NCBI GenBank assembly: GCA_003693705.1
Contig: RBZT01000156.1
Coordinates: 1 to 64,000 of the forward strand
Origin: Polymyxa betae A26-41
Lineage: Eukaryota > Protista > Endomyxa: Phytomyxea
Length of the DNA stretch: 64,000 bases
Reading direction: 5' to 3'
The notes under the pieces: model-generated
Seen by the model: only the letters and a program-made list of their open reading frames with translations
Database searches by the model: none
Told to the model about the DNA's origin: nothing
Program-made: the position numbers and the translations under genes
Part shown: piece by piece, positions 34,436-47,000 of the stretch
Numbering within the stretch: position 1 is the first letter of the stretch
Layout: each line of letters starts with the position of its first letter

Positions 34436-35608
34436 TCAGAATATTAAATCTCTAGCATCATCGGCTGGGCGAAAGTCATCAGATGGTATACCAGCTTGCT
34501 GCCATCTCCAGAACTGGGCGACTTGCCTGTTTAACTTCTGTTTGCTGTAGCTACATGCAATTGCTGATGTAAAAACAGCAATCACTATCACGCTGGCAGG
34601 TATAACAGCACAGAAGATGAATCGCGACCAGAAACTAGGCTTTTCGATGGATGCCACTACAGATTGACTGGACAAGTCTTCCGTTCCGTTCGTTTTGCTG
34701 GAGTTTTCATCAACTGAATTGTCATCTGACCTATTTGTCGGTCTTGGTGACAATTCATGCCTCTTAATGAGTTCAGAAGGGGGGCTTATTGAGTCAGTCA
34801 TCTTGCCGCCGACAACTCGGAGATGGTTCCATTTCTTGCGACAGACATCATTCCTCACTTGCGTATTTGGGGCAATGATGGTTTTATGCGAGATCTCGTA
34901 GTTGTCCCTTCCGGTTTGATCTACAGTCTTTAAGGTCTTAAGACTGGAAAGCGCCGAATATGGAAATATCCTGCAAAAGGCGATGGCTTTATCAGAAGAT
35001 GTGATGATCGATTCGAGTGCTATGCCACAAGGCAATCCAAAAAGGTTTTGAGACTCCTTGCACAGGGTTAAGCATTCAATCTCGTTACTGAAATGAAGGT
35101 TCTTGCCCTCTGCCACATCCGCGTTGTCCCAATCATCACGAATGAAATCTGTTAAGACCGTCCGGACGTACTTCTTTCCAAGAATGGAAAAAATCTGGCG
35201 CTCGACAAATTCAGTTTGAAATCCTGTTCTGAATACAGGTGCGAATTCGGGATAACTCAAAGCGTCGTGACTAGCATCCAGATGTCGAGTGCTCTTAATA
35301 GCTACCCTCTGGACGCTTTCAGGATGGTCATTTTTTTGCCCATCATAAAGACGCTCGTGAAGAATGCACAAAGGGAATGTTAAATATCGGCATACAAAAT
35401 CCTCTCCTGGATCGGAGAGAATATATCCATAGCAGCTTGAATCGGAATGACATAATTTACTGCAAGACCCTCTGCTGTCTGCATTTCCGCCAACTTGCTT
35501 GCTGAGAATTGGCGCCACTGCCGACATCGGCAGCGAAACTTCGACGAAACTAGCTGATACTGAATAGAATAATATCAGCCAGCTTATGCCGACCGCTCTG
35601 TCGTTCAT
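34436..35608 (-). CDS. Intronless type-I membrane protein with signal peptide and two Cys-rich PAN/apple-like modules
   Basis: Signal-like GISWLILFYSVSA, CSKLCHSDSSCYGY..C and ECLTLCKES..C..FC, Ser/Thr/Asp-rich stalk, TM FIFCAVIPASVIVIAVFTSAIAC, short tail. Confidence 0.65.
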   Translation of the reverse strand: MNDRAVGISWLILFYSVSASFVEVSLPMSAVAPILSKQVGGNADSRGSCSKLCHSDSSCYGYILSDPGEDFVCRYLTFPLCILHERLYDGQKNDHPESVQRVAIKSTRHLDASHDALSYPEFAPVFRTGFQTEFVERQIFSILGKKYVRTVLTDFIRDDWDNADVAEGKNLHFSNEIECLTLCKESQNLFGLPCGIALESIITSSDKAIAFCRIFPYSALSSLKTLKTVDQTGRDNYEISHKTIIAPNTQVRNDVCRKKWNHLRVVGGKMTDSISPPSELIKRHELSPRPTNRSDDNSVDENSSKTNGTEDLSSQSVVASIEKPSFWSRFIFCAVIPASVIVIAVFTSAIACSYSKQKLNRQVAQFWRWQQAGIPSDDFRPADDARDLIF

Positions 35609-36271
35609 ACGATGTACTACCAACCCGATTGGATAAGACTTGCGTTCGACTAGTTGTAGAAAATCTTGAAACGGGCAGCTCGCTTGACGTGGTGTAGTCC
35701 CTCCCTTCAGATTTTAATAAGAATCGCGGTCAGGATCGTCCCTCACAGAGGTAATGGGGTAACCCCAACAGCTATATTAGTAGGATCTGACTAATTTCAG
35801 TTCCAATACAGGCTCTGAACGAGGACAATTTCAGAGTGATGAGTTTCCTTGCTAACACGAAAAGCATATGGGAAGAAACCTCGCCTGACAGGAAGTAGAG
35901 TTACAGCCAAAGCCAAGCGATCTTCATGCCTACCGCCTTCCAGTTGTTCGGGTGTAAATCCAGACAATCCATTCTATGGGTGCAAGTAGGCACTTCTAAA
36001 CAGTCGCCGTCGATGATCATTCCAGAACGAGCGTTCAGCAAGACGTCACTGCCTACTCTCTTCACAGAAACATTGGATAGATGAATCCAGAAAGAACATT
36101 ATAACAGGCCGTAATGAAATGTACAGCCATGATAAATTCGTGAGAGAATCCATTAAAGGGTCTCTAGATAGGCCGAACCCGGACCTGCTTTATGCCGCTC
36201 TTACAGTCACGTTGTGGTTTAGTGGTCTTTACAAAGCCCAAAGACGGTTTAGCACTGCCGTATGGATGCAG

Positions 36272-38341
36272 ATGGATGCCATACCATCTGTCAATCAGCT
36301 GGTCAAAGAATACTTGCTGTTCCTGGGTTATACGGGCGCGTATCAGGCGTTTTGTGCCCAGGAAGTTGAAGATGCTCCGTGGCAATTACCACAGCCAGGT
36401 TTGATCTGATATCTTTGACTGTTAATATCTGGTCAATTGTTTGGGCAGGTGCTATTGCCGAACTGATTCGTACAATATGCAAAGATGGCGATATTGATGG
36501 TTTAATCAACCTGTGGAATTTGCTTTCGGTTCGCTTCTTCTCGAAAATGCCACAAAGGGAATTTGTCTCTGCATCAAGTAGAGAGCTTCTTCGAGCTCTA
36601 CAACGCTGCATGATCATTGTCAGTATATTTTCTCGACCTAGAAATGACGCTGATGCCCAATAGGATATAGCGTCCACTAAAGATCGCGTCAAACTGCAGC
36701 GAATTTTTGAAAAAATATTCCAAGAATCACCTTTGGAGCTAACTGATCCTTCGTTAGGCTGGACAGATTGGTTAGCAATACCATTCTGTGAGCAGCCATC
36801 TGCTAATGCTCGATTGGCGCCGTATTTCACTCCGGCTTGGAGATCATCCATATTCACAGCGTTGAATAATTTCCTATCGACAATCTTCAGTGCCATTCCG
36901 CTTCCGTCTTTACTCAAGTAGGGTCTCGATCATTTGCTATCATGCTGTTGATGAATAACCGGAGTCGAACAGTCTGCATTCATTCAAAGAGCGACAACAG
37001 ATTTTGGAGAATGAGAAAGCGCAACTTCAAAGTGAAAATGAAAGGTTGGTAGAGCGCCTAGCTGCCCATCATCGCAATCATGTTCGTCGTATCTCTTCCA
37101 CACCAGCACTAAGTGTGTGTTGGATCAGAAAATCAGATTAATTTTCTGATGCCTAACTGATCGTTCATAGGTGCTCAACTACCACCTAAGATATTGCTTG
37201 GTCACACCATGGAGATTACATCGTGTAGATTCTCTTATGATGGCGAGATGTTAGCCTCGTCTTCTCTGGATGGCTCTATTCGGGTCTGGAAACCTGATGG
37301 GTCAAGTACCTCTGTTTCAGGCTCATCCGCATGCTTATCCCTTGAATGGGATTCCAGATCGCCGCGTGTCATTTTCTACGGGGATTCACATGGAAAACTC
37401 AAAGTATGAATGCATTTATTGTAATGGGCCAGTATCTGATTTAGATCGGCAGCTTTGGAATGCCGAACATAAGCGAATTTTTAAAGAAATGCATGTTGGT
37501 TCCGACGACTATTCCAGAATAATTTCTATCGCTACATCGCCTTCTGACTCTGTTTGTATCACATCGTGTGTCTCCGAATCGAATTCTTCTGGGTCTATCG
37601 GCGTTTGGTCTTACAAGACTAGCCAAAACATCATGACGTTTGCAACGGAAGTACGTGCTTATTCAACACCATCTTGTGGCTGATCTCCTTACTGAACACT
37701 ATGATTAGCCTGTTAGTCGCCCAATGCTTTGTACCGTTTTCAACCATAATGGAACTCTTTGTGCAATGGGCTCTATAGGTAATCACACATTCTGCACGCC
37801 GACGTGATTTTGTCTAAGCATTATTTCTAAGATGGCTATGTTCGTATATTTGATCTGAGAAGCAAGGCGGTTATATTGTCATGGCAAGCTCACTCTTGCG
37901 ATATACAGACAATAGCGTTCGGAGCTGAAGAGACCTCAGTAATATCGTGTGGACTTGATAGTAAAGTAACCGAATGGGATCTTCACCGACATGGACAAGC
38001 ACTTAGAACCATCAACCTGGATGTACCAACGACGAAACCAACTCCGACATCCAGAGTAGACTTTTCTTGCGACGATTCGGGAAAACAGATTTGCATAACA
38101 AATGGGGTCGGTAATTCAGTGGTCTATAACTGGGAAGATACAACGAAACCAGTGTATTCGGTTCCTTTAGAAGGATCAGCAGTTCCTGTTCAGGTCAGCA
38201 TTTCCAATGTCAATTATTTCTATCTCACAGCACTGATATTAGGTGGATTGGTCTTGTGCCAAGAGACTCGCAGCGTTCGTGCTGAATGATCATTCAATTC
38301 GGATACATTCGATGCCCGTTATACAGCAATGTTTTAGTTAA
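36272..38341 (+). CDS. WDR91: WD repeat protein 91
   Basis: LisH-like NQLVKEYLLFLGY, WTDWLAIPF..APYFTPAW..ALNNFLSTIFSAIPLPSLL, WD40 repeats (GHTMEITSCRFSYDGEMLASSSLDGSIRVW), final exon VDWSC..; stop at 38341. Confidence 0.88.
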
Positions 38342-38343
38342 AT

Positions 38344-39473
38344 TTAAATTATCATATTCAAATTAGAAAAATCGTGATCAAGATTGGAGAGATCCGGCGT
38401 GCACAAGACGCGATGATTCACATTTGCCAGCCTGTTGCAGGTATTCGTTTTCAAGTTGAATGCCATTAGTTCTTGCCTGTATATATAATCCTATCACACG
38501 TATCAGTAACTCTATTTTCCAGCAATCTAATACATACTGTCGCCGAACTGACCAAGAAATCAACACCTCCACATCTTAGCACGACCTTCCCAGATTTAAA
38601 TATGACCAATTTGCCTAGGAAGCCGTCAGGTAATCTGGTACCAGAGGCAGCGAGAACTTGAGAAATATCGTCAAGCTTTTCAACTGGTTTCAATTTGGTC
38701 GCAGGTGCCTTGCTTGAATCCTGAAAACCCAATTTCAAAAGTACGATAGAACGGCAACAGCTGGTTCTACCTTGTCATCTGTAACTTCGACTGCCTTGGT
38801 TGGGAGCCGTGAAGGCAACTGCCAGAATATATAATCTGAATTTAAAGAGTCATGACGAAGCCCAGTTTCAAAAATGGCTTTAACGTCTTCAGGTTTTTTT
38901 TTGCCGGGTTTGGCCTCTTCAACTTTTACATCGTCTAGTTCGTTGTCGATGGTAGCATTTTCGGCCGTTCTTCCTTCGAAAGCGAAAGGAAGTATGACTG
39001 GGGCGAAAGAGCTTGAATCATCCATGTTTTCATCATCAACATCCATATCGTTCTCATGCAGGGGAGACCCAGATGGTGTAGACGCACACGATATGGCTGA
39101 AGTCGTCCTTAACGAACGATCGTTTGGCACGAACGACGACTTCTTCACGTCACTGGCGACGAAGGTCACGGTTGTCGCAGCAGCAGGCTCCTGATGTTTT
39201 TTCGGTCGAATTACAGGTTTCTGCTCGATCTCTGGACGCTGAACGACCTCGAGCAGTTTCGGAATAGCCGGCTTAGCATTGCCTGGTTCAGCATTGCCTG
39301 CGGCTCGTCTCGGGGCTACAGTAGGAGCGAACTACATCAACTAAGTCCAAGAACGATACACTGCCTCATCCAATTACTTTTCGGACGGTCCCTCTACCAC
39401 GTCCGCGTCCTCTGAGACGATCCTGGCCGGATCCCAACGAACCCAAACGCTGTGGTTTTCCTGGATCCGACAT
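38344..39473 (-). CDS. POLR3D: RNA polymerase III subunit RPC4 (RPC53)
   Basis: FWQLPSRLP, LPDGFLGKLVIFKSGKVVLRCGGVDFLVS, spliced last exon RQELMAFN..RVLCTPDL. RG-rich disordered N-terminus. Confidence 0.85.
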
Positions 39474-41376
39474 TGTCAGCAATCGGATCGATTTCCCGAC
39501 TTCATTTCCCGGCACGGACTTCGATGATTTTTTATCGAAAATTCCATAAGCTTTTGCTACGATCTAAGAGATCATACGGATCAGCGATATCAAAACATGT
39601 CAAACAGTTTCTCTGCCTGGATCCATCGTCCTGCTTTGAAACATTCAAGGCAGTCTCTTGCAGTACTACCTAACCATTTCCGATTTACACACTAAGAAGG
39701 TTATGCTAGAATGAACTGAACTCAGAGAAATGGGTCCAGTTTGAAATTGTCCAGTCAATGAACTTAGTCTACAGAATTACTGTAACAGGGCAGAACTAGA
39801 CCCGGTTTCCTGAAAATCGTCATATTTGTCTCAAACCAGGGCTAAATTTAGCCAGATCCAGCCCAGGACGATTTCCATTCTTCGTGTTTGTCTTTGGAGG
39901 ATGCAAATGAACTGACTTCGATAGAATATACATATTTATTTGCTCGCTATAGTTTTATATAAGTCTTAACCTCGGATTGCTCCGATTGTTCGTTGTCAAC
40001 TCGGACTGATCGTGCTGCATTACTCAGATCGTCAATTAGATCCCTTGGATCTCATATCTTCGCGATAAATGTGGCCGGCCGAAACCATTCGCTTATCAAG
40101 CTTTCAATAACTCGTTTTTTGGCATTTTCCACTGCTATTCCAAATAGTGATCACGTAATTTCGGTTTCGATGAGGCGTCCTCGCGCATTTGAAAATAAAA
40201 TCACCATCAGGCCGAATCGGAACGACGCCCTCATCACATATGCAGTCGACATCGTACTTGGATTCCTCGACGAAATCGCCTTCCCAAAAAGTCGCTGAGT
40301 TTCCATAGATTCTTCCCAGTTTTCCGATGCGTTTGGCGATAATTGCAGGGAGCCTGTTTACTTGGAGTACGTTGCGGTTTTGCATTGTTGTATCCAGGAA
40401 CATTTACACATGCAGCCGCAATGCAATCATCTGAATCGGAACATTCAGATGAGCCGATGTTAAACTCACTCTACAGAAAACTTGTCAAATACCTAGAGCG
40501 GGTATGTGTGTCGGTCTTATCAGTGGAATAGCGAGATTGGTCGTTTTCAGATGATCTGCCAAAATGACGGTTAGAAGTTGCATCGACATGTTCTGAGGTC
40601 GATGCGCGTCTCTGACGGCATCGAAGTGCCTTCAGATTCGTATGTATGTAGTCATGTTGAATTGAATGTAGGTCAGCAATGCAGTTAGCTCGTACGGTCG
40701 AATTTCGCGCATTCTCCAAACTGCCACAATCGAAGTTAAAATGAGACCATCACCAATTACTGTTACTGTCTAGAGCAACTTGCAGCTCTAAAACGCATTA
40801 CTTCAGGAAAACAGTGCGATCATTGCATACGATCCGGTCCAGTATTTATTCAATCGGTAGATATGGCAGCGATCTTGAGGAATGATATTTCTATCCTGTT
40901 ACCTCTGTCGACTAAATCAATTCGCTGGACATTTCGGACTGGAATGTCCACTCAATTTAGTTGATTTCTGTAGGTCCGAAAGATATTATCAATCAGCTTT
41001 GACTGAAAATCATGAAAAATTCACATCGCCTGCGAACCTCACATGTTCAGGCTCCGCCGAATCTACGATACTCTCTCATTTATCCAATCGAGTCGGAAAT
41101 TGAAGCCCGAAAGGACCCTGAATGCCATATCGACGAAGCGATCCTGGGTCCTGTACCAGTGCTTGGCAGGAAGAACATAGAGGAAGATCGGAAAACTGAT
41201 TGGAAGACTTCGGGCCTGCCCGGGACCGATCCAGCCTGATTAATCCTGAAGCTAAGCTTAGCTGTGATCGCAGACTGGGTCTTTTGGTTTGGAGATAGGG
41301 CTCCGACCCGACCCAGACTGGCTGGGGTTTTATTTAATCTTGGACGATCCGGTCGTAGACGAGCTCTTGATCGACG

Positions 41377-43610
41377 ATGGTGAAATTTGGGAAATATTTG
41401 AGCGTTTCGGCTGTTCCAGAATGGAGCTTGAAATACCTCGATTATAAAGCACTGAAGAAGATTTTGAAACGTCTGAAAGAAGCTGGACTGGCTGAAAATC
41501 TGAATCGTGAAATTGCCGATGGTCTCCCTAGAAATATTCGTGTATTAACGGATGGTTCTGGTCGGGCGTTTATGGTGAATATTACTGATCAACCTACCAG
41601 AGAAGATCATCTGGAAACTTTGGGTAATTGGTGCGTTTTAGACTGTTCATCTATATTAAAAGATCGTGTATAGAATCGCTGATGCCGGCTCACCTCGCAA
41701 ACCGCGACATTGAATTGGCTTTTTTCCGATTACTCCAGTCTGAAGTCGATAAAGTTGCATCGTTTTTCTTGGAACAGGAACAGTTTCTAGCATCGCAAGT
41801 TGATGCTATGACTATAAAAGCCAGGAGGAAGAAATCCCGAAGCGATAAGACTTTTCAGGATCATAAATTCCGACTAACTTGTCAATGGCTGTTTCAAGGG
41901 CTTCAACATCTGCAAAATTTTCACGTCATAAATTACGTCGCCATTGCCAAAATCCTCAAAAAACATGATAAACTGTCGTCATGGAGTAAATCCAAAGACG
42001 TGATCGTTCCATTGCTGAGCAATCCAGAACGTTATCCTCACACAGATAATCTGAATAAGCTGATGAGGAGAGTTCAGGTAATTTATTTCATCAACGCTGA
42101 AGTTTCCTATTTAAACCGGTTTTAGGACGAATTCTCGAACCTGTATGCTGGTGGAAACCATTCCCTAGGAGTCGATATGCTTCGAATCGTTCCTAAAAAG
42201 ATGTCGCACTCAACTTCGTTTATCGCTGGTGTCAATGTTGGTCTGCTGATCGCATTATTGGGTGTGATCGTCAGTATCTTCCTGCTGAAATCTGAACCCG
42301 ATATTCCGCCACAGTTTCTGGCTGCATTTCCGACGTTCCGATTTCTGGTCCTGTTGGTGTTTGCACTATCTGTCTGGGGCATCGACATCGCCATTTTCTC
42401 TAAGAAACAGATCAATTATGGATTCATCATGAACGCTGACCCGAATTCCCTTCTAAGGAGCAATCAAATCATCCTAATTGCTGCCTCAAGTTTCGTCCTG
42501 GTGCTTTCATGTCTTACCCTGTTTCTCGCATTGACGTGTTTCCCGACAAGCACCAGAATCCCACCAGGCTATTTTCACCTGGTCGCCTTCGTGATCTTGA
42601 CAATGGTTTTGTTCTGTCCTTTTGACATCTTTTTCCAAAAAACGCGCGCGTTTTTGTTGCGAACGTTGTTCGCGATCTTCATCTCGCCGTTTGCAAATGT
42701 CCAGTTTCAGACGTTCTTCTTAGCCGATTTCTTAACTTCTATGGTTCGGGTGTTTTACGACTTGAACTATTCGGTCTGCTTTTATGTAACTGGGGGGTTT
42801 CTGGACCATTCCAAAGCAGCTATCTGTGTAAGATCTGTAGCGATTGGAAGATGGGTTCTGGCATTTTTGCCTTACTGGTGGAGGTTCGCTCAATGTGTTC
42901 GACGGTATCACGATTCCAAGCAATCATTTCCGCATCTCGCTAATGCTGCGAAATACTTTTCCGCTTTGATGGTCACGTTTTTCTCATTACTTGGTATTTC
43001 ACTTATAATCTGCTGGTTTTCCAATGATTCATTTATCTTTAGCCGATGTATATAGAACAAGCTCTGCTTTGTTGAGTATCTGGATTGCTGTCGCCATATT
43101 TGGCACCATTTTCTCGTTCTCGTGGGACATTTTCATGGATTGGGGCCTTCTGGAGCACGACAGTCCCAACTTCTTATTGAGATCAAAACTGCTGTTCTCG
43201 AAATGGGTACATGTGTGTTGGTTACGTGGTTTGGTTTATTGACTGCTCTTTTACCCCAGGTGTATTATGTAGCTGCTATTACGAACTTGTTGCTAAGAGT
43301 AACTTGGGTGTTTACAATTTCACCAAATAGCACCGTTCTCTTCAATCATGAAATTCTCCTGTTGCTTCTCTCAATTGGCGAAATCGTCAGGAGGGGTCAA
43401 TGGGTCATATTCCGGGTGGAGAACGAGCATCTCAATAACTGTGGCAAATTCCGGATTGTCAACGAGATCCCTTTAGAAATGACCTATCAGCATGCTGGCG
43501 AGAAGACACGCGACGATGATGAAGAGCCCAGCAAGAATGACAGTTCAAGTCAGCAGATTGTAAATTTCTCGAGTTTACTTAACCCATCTGAATCCTGGTC
43601 TAAGAAGTGA
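41377..43610 (+). CDS. SPX-EXS domain phosphate exporter (XPR1/PHO1/SYG1 family)
   Basis: SPX: MVKFGKYL..PEWSLKYLDYKALKK and NYVAIAKILKKHDK. EXS: FFLADFLTS, PYWWRFAQCVRRY, HLANAAKY, WDIFMDWGL, EIVRRGQWVIFRVENEHLNNCGKFR. Confidence 0.95.
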
Positions 43611-44050
43611 TTGTCGCTTCGTGGATTTCAGTTAATCTATACGAGTGTTCACTGCCCATATCTCAACATAAATTACAATATTTATATGTTCCCGGCCATT
43701 TCATGTATGTGTGGAGATGCATACCGACTGTTCTATCATTATTGCATTCTCATGCCAACATGAATAGATCTCCATTACTATATTTATTTACTGATATTTT
43801 AATAAAGATATCGAACCAGAGTATCTTCAACATGTGAGACGGGGGATGGGGTAGCACGAAATTACCAAAGCGTGATTTGGAATAAAAGCGTTATTTCAGA
43901 CGATTATTGTATCGTCTAACTCGAAGCTAAAACAACTTGATAAATTTGTCTGTGAATTTCAAGAAGAACGTGGATTGGGTATCTCGGCATGAAGGGACCT
44001 TTTCGATTGAGGGAGGTCTGACGCAGTCCGACAATCGCGACAGAGTCCAG

Positions 44051-47000
44051 ATGAACCCGGTTCTACCAGCTGATGATCCTACGCTGGTAGCGCTGGCAGT
44101 AGACCGAATATCGTCAGCATTGCAGACCGATGAGCAGCCACAGCTGAAATTGGACAATTATGTGTACCAGGTCGTCTGTGGCTGGGGTTTTCTGTCCTTG
44201 ATCGTTAACAATGAATGTGACAGGGCAGTGTTGTTCACTGTGATCGATATATTTATTTACCACAATCGATTCTGAGCCAGTTCGAGAGTGAGGTGCTTAA
44301 TTTCCAATCGTCATAGCTGTAAGCTTCATCCTAGGACTGGAATGCAAAAGCTTCTCCGGAATATTGCCTGAAATCAATCGTATCTACATAACTATCGACA
44401 ATCGATTGATCTTATTTAACTATATTGATGGGTAGAAAGCTTGCAAATTGTCTTAGCTGCAATGATTCAGATAATGTCTTAGATCAATATATGTTTATGA
44501 GGACTTTAATCAGATTATCATCAGTGTGGCTCTTGTCACACCCAAACCAGATGTCTTCATTGACGAGATTGAATACCTGCTGGCTGTTGCCACACCAGCT
44601 GATATCGTCATCTTAGGGGTTCGCTTTGATGGCGGTCCTCAAACCGGAAGTATCGAACTTGTCGAAAGTTAGTGCGCTTTTTAAACAATGCTCAAGACAA
44701 CTAAAGCTTCTTTTCTAGCTTCATATTATGCTTGTTCTGACGGTATCCACATGCTCAAGCTTGTATGTACTCCGTATCCATCGTCTCGGATATTCGCTGC
44801 AGGTGAATCCTGTTATCTGCTGGTTGGAATGCTGGCTCTAATCGTGCTCTGTAGGAAAAGATGGACGCGTCTACGAAATTGATTATCAACCTGGAACAAG
44901 ATGGTTTGCAAAGAAATGCCGAAAGCTGAGTCACATGTCTCTGTAAGTGTTCGAGAAACGAATTGGGTGAAATTCCATAATTTCGATAGGATGGACAAAG
45001 TATCGATTTTGTTCCCTGTCTTGAAGTTATTCCAATCGAGCGACCCATTAATCGATCTTGTGGTCGATCCTCGCAAGGTTCAAGTATGTAGCTGTTATTT
45101 TCTTTGCATTTATGCTGTATTAGGCCAATCTCTATGGACTGACGCAAGGCAGTTCGATCTACAAATACGAACTCGGCCAAGACAAATACGATCAATGCCG
45201 AGGTCCTTTCGCCATCGATGCATCGCGATTACAGAGTAGCTTGGGGCTCGGAGTCGATTCAGAATTTAGCATTGGTAGAATTTCGTTCGGTTTGTTCGCT
45301 TAATGCCAACGTGGGATCTCAGTGGCTTTATCTGTCGATCACGGGTTCTCTGGAGTTGATGTCTGTGCAATCTCGAATAATGGACATCGCATCTACTTGA
45401 AATCTAATGCTGGCGACGATTTTGTTATCGACTCTGTTCGTATCTGTCCCCGTTATATTGATGCGCCGAGCTCTGAAGGCATCCGAGAGAAATATAAGCC
45501 ATTTTTCAGCAAAGGTCTGCAAACCTCTTTGTCTGGTGGCGCTTATATCCATTTTTTGTTCAGGGCAAAGCCCTTGCGCTGTTAAAAACGCCATCTACTT
45601 TGATGGCGTTTTTGTTGCTGCCGACATGAGAGATCCACGATTCGACACGTTGGTTTCAATGACTGTCATCGAACCTGGCGATAAACAGTCTATAACAACA
45701 ACAACGTCATCTTCTGCGACTCCTACAGTGCAATCCTTAGTTGTGTCAGACGAAAATGTCGAGAGCCATTTACTAGGTATGCGAATTCAGTTTCCTTTCT
45801 TTTCACCTCTCAACTCATCATTAGATTGCCGGGTTCATGACATGAAAACCGTTCCTCGTGCCCTGCTGCTTCAGCAGACTCTACTTGCTTCCACTCTATA
45901 TCGCAATGCCCAAGCTACACAGCCATTGCTCGGACTTTCATCTGCTGCTATTCAGCATGCAGTACCGCCACCTAGGTTCATCGTTCTCACTGCTTCTCGA
46001 GTTATGTTCTATGGGATCAGCCGGCCGCTGGAACAGGTAAAGACTGTCCGGTGTTTCGTTATTGTCTTTCGTAATATGATTGCAGTTAACACAATTGTTG
46101 AGCTCGAATTGTTCAGCGGCAACCTTACAGGCTGCGATGTCTAAACTTGGCATGGCTGAATCTTGTGCCATGCTCTTGACGATTATCTGCTCTTCAACGA
46201 TGCCAGTTGCGTCCGATAAGAGATCTGTTCCTGGAAGATCACCTGAGCCATATACTGTTCATGTATGATTCTGCCGGACTGCTGCGGATATCCGTTTAAT
46301 TCTTGCCAGGAACGCAGAACGGATTCCAAGATTGAAGATTTCTCCAGCGCTGTTTTCTCCCAAAATCAGGTTGTAAGACAGGCAGCTATTGATGCTTTCA
46401 TGTCTTTTGGTGGCGAGCCGACCTTGAAGCTAAATTCCGTAAGCAACTGCTCTAATTCTGTTATTCATTTCTTAATGATCACGCCAGCTTGACAACAACA
46501 TCAGTTTCTCTCATGCTCATAGCGGATTGTACATGTATGCCTCACGTGTCATCCGTTCGGTTTGGTTTCGGAGCCTTGTAGAACATGAACAACGTGAACT
46601 TGTATTTAGACTGCCAAAGTCTATTATAAGCTCTGTTCTGAGGCCATTATCTCAGCTACATCGTTTTATCAATGAGTATCAGATTCCTCAGGTGGGCTGG
46701 GTTTCCCTCTTCTGTTTCGTTGACATTTACAATTTGCTTGTAGACTCGTCTGTTCCAATCTCATAGTGTTGCCTCTGGCACCTTGGAACTTAATTCCATC
46801 AGCGCCCTTGAGAAATTTCTAGGAAATGCGATTGAGGTTCGGTTGCTCTCGACTGTCCAGTTTGCTTTTGACTGGATCGGCATAGATTCTCAACCTGGTT
46901 TTGCTGATTCAGCAAACAGAAACTCTCAGCCAGATCGCTCAAACAATGGATAGCGGCGATAGGTTTGTGTTGGAAACCAATCCTTTTAAGGACTTATTGA

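Noticed and set aside
14433-40110. Alternative genetic code (TGA=Trp) suggested by isolated in-frame TGAs
   Set aside because: TGA is the genuine stop of ABC-F paralog A, CCT2 and SPX-EXS, and conserved Trp positions use TGG.
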